A stretch of DNA of 32,000 bases from an uncultured Methanosarcinales archaeon (lineage in GTDB: Archaea; Nanobdellota; Nanobdellia; Woesearchaeales; JACPBV01): the NCBI GenBank assembly GCA_964609455.1, contig CAZSRD010000009.1, positions 1 to 32,000 on the forward strand, read 5' to 3'. Within the stretch, counting starts at the first letter, position 1, and the number at the start of each line of letters is the position of its first letter. Below, one piece after another: positions 10,265 to 18,759 of this stretch. A program made the translations under genes and the position numbers. The notes under the pieces are model-generated. The model made no database searches. It was not told the origin of the DNA and saw only the letters and a program-made list of their open reading frames with translations.

Positions 10265-11006
10265 AATACGGCTCGCAATTATTATCTTGTTTGTAATATA
10301 AACAAATTTCTTTTAATACCCCGTCTTTGTCCATAAGACCATCAAATTTTTTACCTTCTATTATGAGGGAAGGAAATTTTGTAATGTTATATGTATTTTT
10401 CAATGTAGGGATCATTGGCTCATCTTGTTGTTGTGAGTCAAAAGAGAAAATTAGAAGCTTATCTTTGAATAGCTTTTTTAGATATGTTAGGACAAACGCT
10501 TGTTTGCTGCAATCTGGGCATTCTGCATCGTTGGAATAAAAATAAAGTATTGTTGATATTTCCTTTTTGCAAAGATCTTTTGTTCTTCTAGCCAGCAGCC
10601 AGTATCTAACCTGAGCCAGGGCATACTCCCTTTTTAGTAAGTTGAAATCTTCCTTGCTTAATCTTGAATTTTGATCAAATTCCTCTAACCTTTTTCTTGT
10701 CGATTCTAAATTTTGGATGTTGTTCTCAAAAGTATTAGATATAGCTGCACAGTTTTCTTCCTTGCTTAATTGATCTACAAAAGAATATTGAAGCTGTAAG
10801 CTATTATATTCAAGATTTTGTTCTCTACTTACGGATTCTATATACATTGCTCTCTTACCCTCTATAACCAGGCCAAGCAATAATCCAAAAAGAAAAATGC
10901 CTATTGTAATAATCGCAGCTATTATGTATTTTTCAGTGCTTACGTTTCTTATTTTTACCACCTTTGTTTTTTCCCTATTATCATGTCTGTTATTATCCCA
11001 ATCCAC
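10233..11006 (-). CDS. Membrane-anchored thioredoxin-fold protein (CPDC motif)
   Basis: N-terminal TM (YIIAAIITIGIFLFGLLLGLVI), coiled-coil-like linker, C-terminal 'ILYFYSNDAECPDCSKQAFVLTYLKK...FPSLIIEGKKFDG' matching a thioredoxin fold. Confidence 0.7.
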   Translation of the reverse strand: MDWDNNRHDNREKTKVVKIRNVSTEKYIIAAIITIGIFLFGLLLGLVIEGKRAMYIESVSREQNLEYNSLQLQYSFVDQLSKEENCAAISNTFENNIQNLESTRKRLEEFDQNSRLSKEDFNLLKREYALAQVRYWLLARRTKDLCKKEISTILYFYSNDAECPDCSKQAFVLTYLKKLFKDKLLIFSFDSQQQDEPMIPTLKNTYNITKFPSLIIEGKKFDGLMDKDGVLKEICLYYKQDNNCEPYYDKNETSVET

Positions 11007-12208
11007 ATAACACCCAAAAGCATGAAATACCCTAATAGGTATATACTAATTGAAAATATCCCGTATTTATTTACTTTTTCTTTTGTTTTGGCAGCAGACT
11101 TTACGAGTATGTAAATAGAAATCAATAACATAACAATTGCTACAAATATGCTTGTGAAATTTAAATCTAATATATTGAAGTCTATCACAAAATTTTTGAT
11201 TAAAGTCATTATATCAAAATTAACGTACCTCAAATTATTGAGATGCTTTATAGGTATCCACATATTATAGTAAAATAAAGCTCCAATTATTATTACAGCC
11301 AACAAACCAGATACTATGATCAATGGCATCTGGATAATGCCAAAATCTCCATAGTTTTTGTTCAACATCATTCTCCTATATTTAAACGCATTATATATGG
11401 ATCCCTTGTACCAGCGGTTTCTTTGCTTGTATAATTCCTTTATTGTTTTTGGCGCTATTGTACTTACCTCCCCCTCCAGGAGCTGGATTATCTTATAGTG
11501 CTTGCTTTGCAGCCTTAGGGCCATCTCTAAGTCTTCTGTTAAATTAAAATTTTCATCAAAATACCCTACTTTTTTGATTATATCTGCCCTATACACACTG
11601 AATGGGCCAGGAGCAACATGAATGCAATCTAATCTGCTCATAAGCTCTTTATAAAACATATTTATGATATATTCAAACCATTGCATTCTTTGTATAAGGT
11701 TTTTTGGTTTTTCTACTTTTAATACAGGAAGCACACAAGCTATATCTTTTTTATTAAAGTAAGGCAGGATCTTTTTTAAGGCATTTGGTTTTACAAAAGA
11801 GTCTGCATCAAGGCATATAAAGAATTCTCCTTTAGCTTGCTTTAAAGCAGAGTTTAGTGCCCTACCTTTACCCATATTTTCTTGATTTATCAACTTAATA
11901 TTGAACTTTTTATTACTTCTGATTATCTTCTCTGTTTTTTCTTTTGTCTTGTCTTTGCTTCCGTCATTAACAACAATAAACTCCATCTTATCCGGGGGGT
12001 AATCAATTTTTAATGCTGATTCCAGGGTGTTCTCAATTTTGTTTTCTTCATTGTAAGCAGGGATAGTTATAGTAACAAATGGGAATTTCCTTAGTTTTTT
12101 TGGAGTCTCTTTTGTTTTACCTTCAAATAATACAATTAACCAGAATACTACAAAGTATAGGGCAACAAGATAAACGAACCATACCATTATCCTTACAAAA
12201 GTTTCCAT
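10955..12208 (-). CDS. Family 2 glycosyltransferase, membrane-associated/processive type
   Basis: 'VTITIPAYNEENKIENTLES...VVNDGSKDKT', 'ICLDADSF', 'TEDLEMALRL', 'QRNRW' (QxxRW); N- and C-terminal TM helices. Confidence 0.88.
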   Translation of the reverse strand: METFVRIMVWFVYLVALYFVVFWLIVLFEGKTKETPKKLRKFPFVTITIPAYNEENKIENTLESALKIDYPPDKMEFIVVNDGSKDKTKEKTEKIIRSNKKFNIKLINQENMGKGRALNSALKQAKGEFFICLDADSFVKPNALKKILPYFNKKDIACVLPVLKVEKPKNLIQRMQWFEYIINMFYKELMSRLDCIHVAPGPFSVYRADIIKKVGYFDENFNLTEDLEMALRLQSKHYKIIQLLEGEVSTIAPKTIKELYKQRNRWYKGSIYNAFKYRRMMLNKNYGDFGIIQMPLIIVSGLLAVIIIGALFYYNMWIPIKHLNNLRYVNFDIMTLIKNFVIDFNILDLNFTSIFVAIVMLLISIYILVKSAAKTKEKVNKYGIFSISIYLLGYFMLLGVMWIGIITDMIIGKKQRW

Positions 12209-12288
12209 ATACTACCTAAAACAAGTTTGGGTTATAAATTTTACCATTTTGCGACAAATTTATAATCTAATTTGCATTCTCTTTTTTT

Positions 12289-12996
12289 ATGGAGAATAAA
12301 ATACCTACAGGGAGTAAAATTCTAGATAGGATGTTACAAGGCGGCTACGAAAAGGATATAATCACCACAATATATGGGCCTGCTGGCTCTGGCAAGACCG
12401 TTCTTTGCATACTTTGCGCTGTTAACATGGCAAGAAACAATAAAAAAGTTATATATATAGATACAGAGAATAATTTCTCGGTTGAAAGATTAAAACAGAT
12501 TGCGAAATTTGATTATAATAAAATACTCTACAATATGGTCTTTTTGAATCCTACTTCTTTTGAAGAACAAAAAAACTCATTCAGTAAATTAAGGGGTGCA
12601 GTGGACAAAAATATTGGGTTAATAGTTGTAGACACCATAGCTATGCTTTATAGGTTAGAAATAGGAAAAAGCGAGAACATTTATGATGTTAATAGGGAGC
12701 TTGGAAGGCAAATATCCTATCTTAATGAGATTGCACGGAAAAAGCATATTCCTATTTTATTGACCAACCAAGTGTATGCTGATTTTGAGAACAAACAGAA
12801 GGTAAACATGGTTGGAGGGGATTTGTTAAGATACAGCTCTAAATGCCTTCTTGAGCTGCAGATAACCCCTGCTGGCAATAGAAAATGCATACTTAGAAAA
12901 CACAGGTCAATAGAGCAGGAGAAGGAGATAATTTTTAAGATTGTTGAAGGGGGGATAATAGGAACTAAGGAACTAAAAGGACTTAGATTATTCTGA
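12289..12996 (+). CDS. radB: DNA repair and recombination protein RadB
   Basis: RecA-fold paralog: 'IPTGSKILDRMLQGGYEKDIITTIYGPAGSGKTVLC' (Walker A GPAGSGKT), 'LIVVDTIAMLYRLE', 'RELGRQISYLNEIARKKHIPILLTNQVY'; no N-terminal HhH domain, as in archaeal RadB. Confidence 0.92.
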   Translation: MENKIPTGSKILDRMLQGGYEKDIITTIYGPAGSGKTVLCILCAVNMARNNKKVIYIDTENNFSVERLKQIAKFDYNKILYNMVFLNPTSFEEQKNSFSKLRGAVDKNIGLIVVDTIAMLYRLEIGKSENIYDVNRELGRQISYLNEIARKKHIPILLTNQVYADFENKQKVNMVGGDLLRYSSKCLLELQITPAGNRKCILRKHRSIEQEKEIIFKIVEGGIIGTKELKGLRLF

Positions 12997-13078
12997 TTAC
13001 AAGCCTTCGGACAAACTACAAAACCTTTTTTTGGCATTTAACTAACCATAAGCTTTTAGAAATATTCTATTTTTAATC

Positions 13079-13262
13079 CCTTATGATTTTCACTTCGTTC
13101 AACAGAAAAACAAAATTTTTCCTATCTCAAACATAGTTTGAGAAAATCATAAGGTTTTGTATAAAATCCAAAACCTTATGCTTCTCACCGTGTTCGAATC
13201 ATAAGGTTTTAGAAACTTCGTTTCTAATCCCTTATGTTTCTCATTACATTCGAACCATAAGG
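13079..13262. repeat. Cluster of palindromic repeats built on CCTTATG...CATAAGG
   Basis: Perfect inverted repeats: CCTTATGATTTTC (13079-13091)/GAAAATCATAAGG (13142-13154); AAAACCTTATG (13170-13180)/CATAAGGTTTT (13200-13210); CCTTATG (13230-13236)/CATAAGG (13256-13262). Nested hairpin CTCAAAC-ATA-GTTTGAG (13126-13142). Confidence 0.85.
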
Positions 13263-13292
13263 TTTTTAAACAGCGCTTTATTTACATGGGCT

Positions 13293-14843
13293 GTGAACAA
13301 TATGGGCGGTAATGGTAAAATTAAGGAGTTTAACAAGAGAAAAGAAGAGTTTGAGTTAGACAAAGATTTAATCAAAAAACAGCATGAAAAGGGCAAGTTA
13401 ACAGCTGAAGAAAGGATTAATCTATTGATGGATGAGGGTTCTTTTACTGAGATTGATGAATTTGTTGAATTGAAGAGCCATGACTTTGATTTGCAGGGTA
13501 AGAAAAGAGCAAGGGATGGTGTAATCGTGGGATATGGCACTATAAACAAAAAGAGAGTTTGTGTTTATGCACAGGATTTTACTTTTATAGGCGGGTCAAT
13601 GGGGGAGATGCATAATAAGAAAATCTCTAAAATCATGGATTTTGCATTAAAAACCGGCTGCCCTTTAATAGGCTTATTTGATTCTGGCGGGGCTAGAATC
13701 CAAGAGGGAATAAACGGGTTAGATGGCGGAGGTAATATTTTTAAGATGAATACCCATTGTTCTGGAGTTATTCCCCAAATCTCTGCTATTTTAGGCCCAT
13801 GCGCCGGAATCGCAGTATATAGCCCCGCTTTGACTGATTTTGTTTTTATGGTTGGCAAAACCAGCTATATGTTCATTACTGGGCCTGATGTTGTTAAGAG
13901 TGTAACTGGGGAAAAGGTTGATTTTATAGGATTAGGCGGAGCCAATATCCATAATAAGAAAAGCGGTGTTGCTCATTTCTTTGCGAATAATGAGAAGGAA
14001 TGTATATTAAAGATAAAACAATTGTTGAGTTATTTACCCCAAAATAATTTAGATAATCCTACTTTAATCGACATGGGCGACTCTCCAGATAGATTGAATA
14101 ATAGTTTAAAGGATATTGTACCCAATGATGCAAAGAAAAGTTATGATATAATAGATGTAATAAACGAAGTTGTAGATAAGAACTCTTTTTTTGAAGTACA
14201 CTCAGATTATGCTCAGAACTGTGTTGTTGGTTTTGCAAGGCTGAATAGAAACGTTATAGGCGTGGTTGCAAATCAACCAAAGGTTTTGGCTGGGTGTTTG
14301 GACATAAACAGCTCAGATAAAATCTCTAGATTTGTAAGGTTCTCTGATGCATTTAACATTCCTTTGGTAAATTTTGTTGATGTTACTGGGTACTTGCCGG
14401 GTACGGAACAGGAATATGGCGGCGTTATTAGGCATGGCGCCAAAATACTTTTCGCATATTCAGAAGCTACTGTTCCTAAAGTTAGTTTGGTTCTTAGAAA
14501 GGCTTATGGTGGCGCGTATATAGCTTTAGTTAGCAAGGAGATGGGTTATGATTATGTTTTGGCTTGGCCAATGGCAGAAATTGCTGTAATGGGCGCTGAG
14601 CAAGCGGTTAAAATACTAAACAAGAAAGACATGAAGTCAAAAAATTGGGAAAAGATAAACCAAGAAAAAGTTAGGGAATTTTCTGATAAGTTTCTTAACC
14701 CATATGTAGCTGCTAAGGAAGGAAGGGTAGACAAGGTTATTGACCCAAAAGAAACAAGAATACAGTTGATTAGCGCTTTAGAAATGTTAATGAATAAAAG
14801 AGAGAGAAGACCTTCTAAAAAACACGGAAATATTCCTTTGTGA
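13293..14843 (+). CDS. Acyl-CoA (acetyl/propionyl-CoA) carboxylase carboxyltransferase subunit
   Basis: Full-length PccB-type carboxyltransferase: 'FTFIGGSMGEMHNKKISKIMDFAL', 'GLFDSGGARIQEGI', 'GPCAGIAVYSPALTDFVFMV', 'GYLPGTEQEYGGVIRHGAKILFAYSEATVPKVSLVLRKAYGGAYIALVSKEM', 'AWPMAEIAVMGAEQAV'. GTG start at 13293 or ATG at 13302. Confidence 0.95.
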   Translation: MNNMGGNGKIKEFNKRKEEFELDKDLIKKQHEKGKLTAEERINLLMDEGSFTEIDEFVELKSHDFDLQGKKRARDGVIVGYGTINKKRVCVYAQDFTFIGGSMGEMHNKKISKIMDFALKTGCPLIGLFDSGGARIQEGINGLDGGGNIFKMNTHCSGVIPQISAILGPCAGIAVYSPALTDFVFMVGKTSYMFITGPDVVKSVTGEKVDFIGLGGANIHNKKSGVAHFFANNEKECILKIKQLLSYLPQNNLDNPTLIDMGDSPDRLNNSLKDIVPNDAKKSYDIIDVINEVVDKNSFFEVHSDYAQNCVVGFARLNRNVIGVVANQPKVLAGCLDINSSDKISRFVRFSDAFNIPLVNFVDVTGYLPGTEQEYGGVIRHGAKILFAYSEATVPKVSLVLRKAYGGAYIALVSKEMGYDYVLAWPMAEIAVMGAEQAVKILNKKDMKSKNWEKINQEKVREFSDKFLNPYVAAKEGRVDKVIDPKETRIQLISALEMLMNKRERRPSKKHGNIPL

Positions 14844-15232
14844 AAATGCAAGATTTAAAGGTAAAAATTGATGGAAAGGAGTATAGTGTTAAGGTTGAAG
14901 AATTAGATTCTGGAAAACTTAAAGTATATTTTAATGGAGAAACTTTTGAGGTAGAAACAAAATCAGATATTAGTGATAAATTATTTCAAGGAATTGATGG
15001 TGGAAGGTTGGACAAGGAGAAGGGCACAATTTTGGCGCCCTTGCCAGGAATTATTTTTTCTGTTGATGTTAAGGTTGGTGATATTGTTAAGAAAGGAAAG
15101 AAATTAATTAGTTTGGTTGCAATGAAAATGGAGAATGAGATTGGCGCTAATGTGGATGGCAAGGTTAAGGAGATTAAAGTCAAGAAAGGGGATATTGTTA
15201 ACAAAGGAGATTTGCTAGTTGTTATTGAGTAA
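14840..15232 (+). CDS. Biotin carboxyl carrier protein (biotin/lipoyl attachment domain)
   Basis: Biotinylation motif 'VAMKMENEIGANVDGKVKEIKVKKGDIVNKGDLLVVIE'; GTG start overlaps the carboxyltransferase stop (GTGA), i.e. translational coupling. Confidence 0.95.
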   Translation: MKMQDLKVKIDGKEYSVKVEELDSGKLKVYFNGETFEVETKSDISDKLFQGIDGGRLDKEKGTILAPLPGIIFSVDVKVGDIVKKGKKLISLVAMKMENEIGANVDGKVKEIKVKKGDIVNKGDLLVVIE

Positions 15233-15234
15233 TT

Positions 15235-15378
15235 CTAAGAGGCTTCTAGTTCGTTCCATCTAAACTCTCTTAACTTAACGCCCCTTTTTCTTAGGTGGGT
15301 TGTAATCTCTTTGGTAAGTTCCTGCATATTTTCTGATTCTAATAGGTAAGCTAATTCTTCCAGCTCTTCAATATTCAT
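15235..15378 (-). CDS. Small conserved-looking hypothetical protein (~47 aa; the ORF track's longer 15438 start is probably wrong)
   Basis: Internal ATG at 15378 (MNIEELEELAYLLESENMQELTKEI...) overlaps the upstream gene's stop as ATGA; charged helical peptide. Confidence 0.45.
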   Translation of the reverse strand: MNIEELEELAYLLESENMQELTKEITTHLRKRGVKLREFRWNELEAS

Positions 15379-15614
15379 TTTTCTTTCTCCCCTGATGTTT
15401 TTCCAAACAAAATACCTGCCAAAACATTTAAAGCCCAAGCTTGAAAAACATTAATCCTTAATGCTGGAAAATTTTTGAATACAAAGTTCCATAACCACAT
15501 TACTGGGAAAGCCAAGATTAAGCCGACTAATGCAGATAACAAAATGATGAGAAACATAGTGTAGCCCACTTCAAAGATTCTCTTCAACAGTGGTGTATTG
15601 TCTAAAAACCCCAT
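15375..15614 (-). CDS. Small two-TM membrane protein (ORF track start 15680; ATG at 15614 looks better)
   Basis: 'MGFLDNTPLLKRIFEVGYTMFLIILLSALVGLILAFPVMWLWNFVFKNFPALRINVFQAWALNVLAGILFGKTSGEKEK'; GAGG just upstream of the ATG at 15614 and a TATA-like TTTATAAATTA further upstream on the minus strand. Confidence 0.55.
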   Translation of the reverse strand: MGFLDNTPLLKRIFEVGYTMFLIILLSALVGLILAFPVMWLWNFVFKNFPALRINVFQAWALNVLAGILFGKTSGEKEK

Positions 15615-15714
15615 CCTCAATAATCTGGTAATGTTTTTTAATTTATAAAGTTTATTGAAAATAATTATTTTCAAAACCAATATTTTTTAAAGGAGAATAT
15701 ATTAACTTTTTATT

Positions 15715-16104
15715 ATGAAGCATATAACCCAGCATAGGGTAAGGTATTCAGATACAGATCATTTTGGGGTAGTTTACTATGCTAGATACTTAGATTGGTT
15801 TGAAGCTGGTAGAACAGAGATATTAAGGGTAAATGGGATAACCTATTCTGAGCTAGAGACAAAAGGCATGTTTGCCCCTGTTGTTGAAGTTAAGGTAACT
15901 TATAAGAAACCAGCGAGATATGACGATATTGTTGAATTGGAGACAACTATAAATAGTATAGGGAATTCGAGTGTAAAGTTTAGCTATAAAGCATATAATC
16001 AGAAGAAGGAATTGTTGTTGGAGGCATATACGGTTAATGTTTTTATTAACAAAGAGATGAAGCCTGTAAGGGTTCCTGATGAAATTAGAAAGGTTTTAGA
16101 GTGA
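15715..16104 (+). CDS. YbgC/FcbC-like hotdog acyl-CoA thioesterase
   Basis: 'HRVRYSDTDHFGVVYYARYLDWFEAGRTEILR' is the canonical 4-hydroxybenzoyl-CoA thioesterase/YbgC active-site segment (Asp in SDTDHFGVVYY). Confidence 0.92.
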   Translation: MKHITQHRVRYSDTDHFGVVYYARYLDWFEAGRTEILRVNGITYSELETKGMFAPVVEVKVTYKKPARYDDIVELETTINSIGNSSVKFSYKAYNQKKELLLEAYTVNVFINKEMKPVRVPDEIRKVLE

Positions 16105-16761
16105 ATTTATTATAATATCTCCTTCCCTAACTTGGATTTTGTTTCCGTTTTTATCTTTTAAAATCAAAAAACAATCTTTGTCAATATCATAGGCTATACC
16201 TTTATAGGCCCCGTTTAGTGTTTTGACTTTAACTTGAGAGCCTAAGAAAGAGTTCCTTTTCCAATCACGGATTATTTTAGATTGTTTGCTTTTTAGGTAA
16301 GATTCAAAATTTTTTAATAACACTTTAATTACTTTTTCATTGTTTATCCCTTTCTTTTTTATATATTTTAATGAAATAGCTTTGTTTTTTAATGAAAATG
16401 GTATTTCATTATTGGTGTTTATGCCAATACCAACTATTGCTTTTTTTTCTTTAAGTTCTGTTAATATCCCACATACTTTCTTTTTTCCATAGATTAAGTC
16501 GTTTGGCCATTTAATCCTTATTTTTTTTATATTCAGCGCTTTTTTAGCAGAGAGAGCTGCTATGAATGTATAAAATTGAGGTTTTGTTGTTTTGGGTAAA
16601 ACCAAGGATAAATAGATTCCTCCTTTTGAAGATTTCCAATTGCGTTTGAACCTGCCTTTACCTTTAATTTGTTCATCAGCTATAATCACAGAATTAATCC
16701 CAAAGAATTTAGCTTTAGTGTTAGTAGAGTTTAATCTCTTAAAATGATATATTTTAAACAT
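16096..16761 (-). CDS. birA: Biotin--[acetyl-CoA-carboxylase] ligase (no N-terminal HTH)
   Basis: 'LNSTNTKAK', 'ADEQIKGKGRFKRNWKSSKGGIYLSLVL' (GRGRxxRxW-like), 'IKWPNDLIYGKKKVCGILTE', 'VGIGINTN'. Overlaps the end of the biotin carboxylase gene. Confidence 0.93.
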   Translation of the reverse strand: MFKIYHFKRLNSTNTKAKFFGINSVIIADEQIKGKGRFKRNWKSSKGGIYLSLVLPKTTKPQFYTFIAALSAKKALNIKKIRIKWPNDLIYGKKKVCGILTELKEKKAIVGIGINTNNEIPFSLKNKAISLKYIKKKGINNEKVIKVLLKNFESYLKSKQSKIIRDWKRNSFLGSQVKVKTLNGAYKGIAYDIDKDCFLILKDKNGNKIQVREGDIIINSL

Positions 16762-18637
16762 TTTCTTCAGAATTCATTTGTTCCTGTCTAGCAGATGTTA
16801 CCCATGCAGATTGTTTTTTTTCTATCTTACCTTTGTCAAGGTATTGTGAAACTGCAGTTGTAACAATCAATATTTTTTCCTTTTTTGTCAATCCATTTTT
16901 CTTTACTTTTTTTGTTTTTAGTTGGCCTAATATATTGTTTTTTTCAATGAAGTTGGTTGTGGTATCCCCTTTTGCAAATGCTTTGTTGCTCAATACAACT
17001 TTGTGGAATGGTATTGTTGTTTCTACCCCTTCTATGATGAATTCTTCAAGGGCCCTTTTCATTCTTGAAATGGCCTCACTTCTGTTAGAGCCCCTACACA
17101 TTAGCTTGGCAATTAAGGAATCATAATGCGGGCTTACTACATGTCCTGCATGGCAAGAGCTACAAACTCTGATACCTGGGCCTCCCGGGGGCAGATAATT
17201 TATTATTGTTCCTGTAGTGGGGCAGAAGTCCTCTGCCGGGCATTCTGCATTTATTCTACATTCAATAGCTGCGCTATCAATCTTTATATCTTCCTGCTTA
17301 TATGCTAATTTTGCTCCTGCAGCTATTTTAATTTGCTCTTTTATTAAATCAACACCAGTAACCATTTCGGTTATTCCATGTTCAACCTGGATTCTTGTAT
17401 TCATCTCCATAAAATAGAAGTTTCTGTTTTTGTCTAATAAAAATTCTACAGTTCCAGCACCTATATATTTAACTGCATTAACAATCTTAATTGCTGCTTC
17501 ACCCATTCTCCGCCTTAACTCTTTATCTACTGCTGGAGAGGGGGCCTCTTCTATTAGTTTTTGATGTCTTCTTTGAATGCTACATTCTCTTTCCCCTAAG
17601 TGGATAGCATTACCAAACTTATCTGCCAATACTTGGAATTCTATGTGGCGCGGAGCTTCCATATATTTTTCCATATATAGCGAATCATCACCAAAAGAGG
17701 ATTGTGCCTCTGCTTGCGCGCTCTTAAAGGCTTTTGAAATCTCCTTTTCATTTTCTATAACTCTCATTCCTTTTCCACCACCACCAGAAACAGCTTTTAC
17801 AATCACAGGATACCCTATTTCTTTTGCGGACTTTATGGCGTCCTTTATGTTCTTTAGTGATTTTGTTCCAATAATCAAAGGTATTCGCAAGCGCTTGATG
17901 GTTTGCCTTGCTTTGTCTTTATTTCCCATTAGAGTAATAGATTTTGCTGAAGGACCAATAAACTTAATATTCTTTTTTTCACATAATCTTGCAAAATCAC
18001 TATTTTCAGCTAGAAAACCATAACCTGGGTGGATAGCATCAGCTTTTGCTTTTTTTGCTATTTTAATTATCTTTTTATAATCCAAATAACTAGTTGGCTT
18101 ATTCCCTACTGAATAAGATTTGTCTGAAAATTTTACAGCTAAGGTATTTTTATCTTGTTTTGTGTGTATAATGGCTGTTTGTATGTCAAGTTCTCTACAA
18201 GCCCTAACTATCCTTAAGGCAATCTCTCCTCGGTTTGCGATTAAAACTCTTTTAAATAACCTTTCTTTACTTACTTTTGTATACTCTTTTTCTTCTTCAA
18301 TGTTAGTTAGCCCTCTTGCGAGCATATCTAAAAAGGATTTTGACGAGCTATCTTTTATTACTTTATTAATCTGTTTTTCATTTAGGTTGGGAAGTTTTTT
18401 GGCAAGATTTTTTGTTATTAAATCACCAAAACTATTCAAATCTGGATTATGCAATAATTTTTCATCCTTTTCTAATACAACCAAATGAGATTTTATGAGC
18501 CTTTCTATCTCATCATATAAATATGGCATTTTTTCATGCGTTCTTTTGGCTAATTTTTTCATGAAGGCATAGCTTTTTTCTATAGGGCTTAATAGGTTAT
18601 TTAAGATTTTGGCTATCTTTTTCTGATTGCTTTCCAT
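16754..18637 (-). CDS. accC: Biotin carboxylase subunit (acetyl/propionyl-CoA carboxylase type) with ~128-aa N-terminal extension
   Basis: 'RLFKRVLIANRGEIALRIVRACRELDI', 'VKAVSGGGGKGMRVIENE', 'HIEFQVLADKFGNAIHLGERECSIQRRHQKLIEEAPS', 'FYFMEMNTRIQVEHGITEMVTGVDLI'. Confidence 0.95.
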   Translation of the reverse strand: MESNQKKIAKILNNLLSPIEKSYAFMKKLAKRTHEKMPYLYDEIERLIKSHLVVLEKDEKLLHNPDLNSFGDLITKNLAKKLPNLNEKQINKVIKDSSSKSFLDMLARGLTNIEEEKEYTKVSKERLFKRVLIANRGEIALRIVRACRELDIQTAIIHTKQDKNTLAVKFSDKSYSVGNKPTSYLDYKKIIKIAKKAKADAIHPGYGFLAENSDFARLCEKKNIKFIGPSAKSITLMGNKDKARQTIKRLRIPLIIGTKSLKNIKDAIKSAKEIGYPVIVKAVSGGGGKGMRVIENEKEISKAFKSAQAEAQSSFGDDSLYMEKYMEAPRHIEFQVLADKFGNAIHLGERECSIQRRHQKLIEEAPSPAVDKELRRRMGEAAIKIVNAVKYIGAGTVEFLLDKNRNFYFMEMNTRIQVEHGITEMVTGVDLIKEQIKIAAGAKLAYKQEDIKIDSAAIECRINAECPAEDFCPTTGTIINYLPPGGPGIRVCSSCHAGHVVSPHYDSLIAKLMCRGSNRSEAISRMKRALEEFIIEGVETTIPFHKVVLSNKAFAKGDTTTNFIEKNNILGQLKTKKVKKNGLTKKEKILIVTTAVSQYLDKGKIEKKQSAWVTSARQEQMNSEENV

Positions 18638-18661
18638 ATTGCTTTGTAGTTGTTTTTAGCT

Positions 18662-18678
18662 TTAAAAACCTTAGGTTT
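18662..18678. repeat. Palindrome in the divergent accC / dehydratase intergenic region
   Basis: AAAAACC-TTA-GGTTTTT, 24 nt upstream of the accC start on the opposite strand. Confidence 0.65.
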
Positions 18679-18759
18679 TTGATTGGATAAAACATAAGCT
18701 TTTTAAAGCGTTTTAGCCTTCTAAAGCCAGAACATAGTACAAATTATGGGGTGTTAATT

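Noticed and set aside
13079-13262. Possible small CRISPR array in the repeat-rich spacer
   Set aside because: Repeats are palindromic, short and non-identical with uneven spacing, no uniform spacers and no cas genes in the window; better described as inverted-repeat cluster.
16833-18488. Plus-strand ORFs (16833..17126, 17126..17308, 17217..17417, 17577..18023, 18120..18488)
   Set aside because: All lie antisense to the strongly supported biotin carboxylase gene and show no recognisable domain; shadow ORFs.
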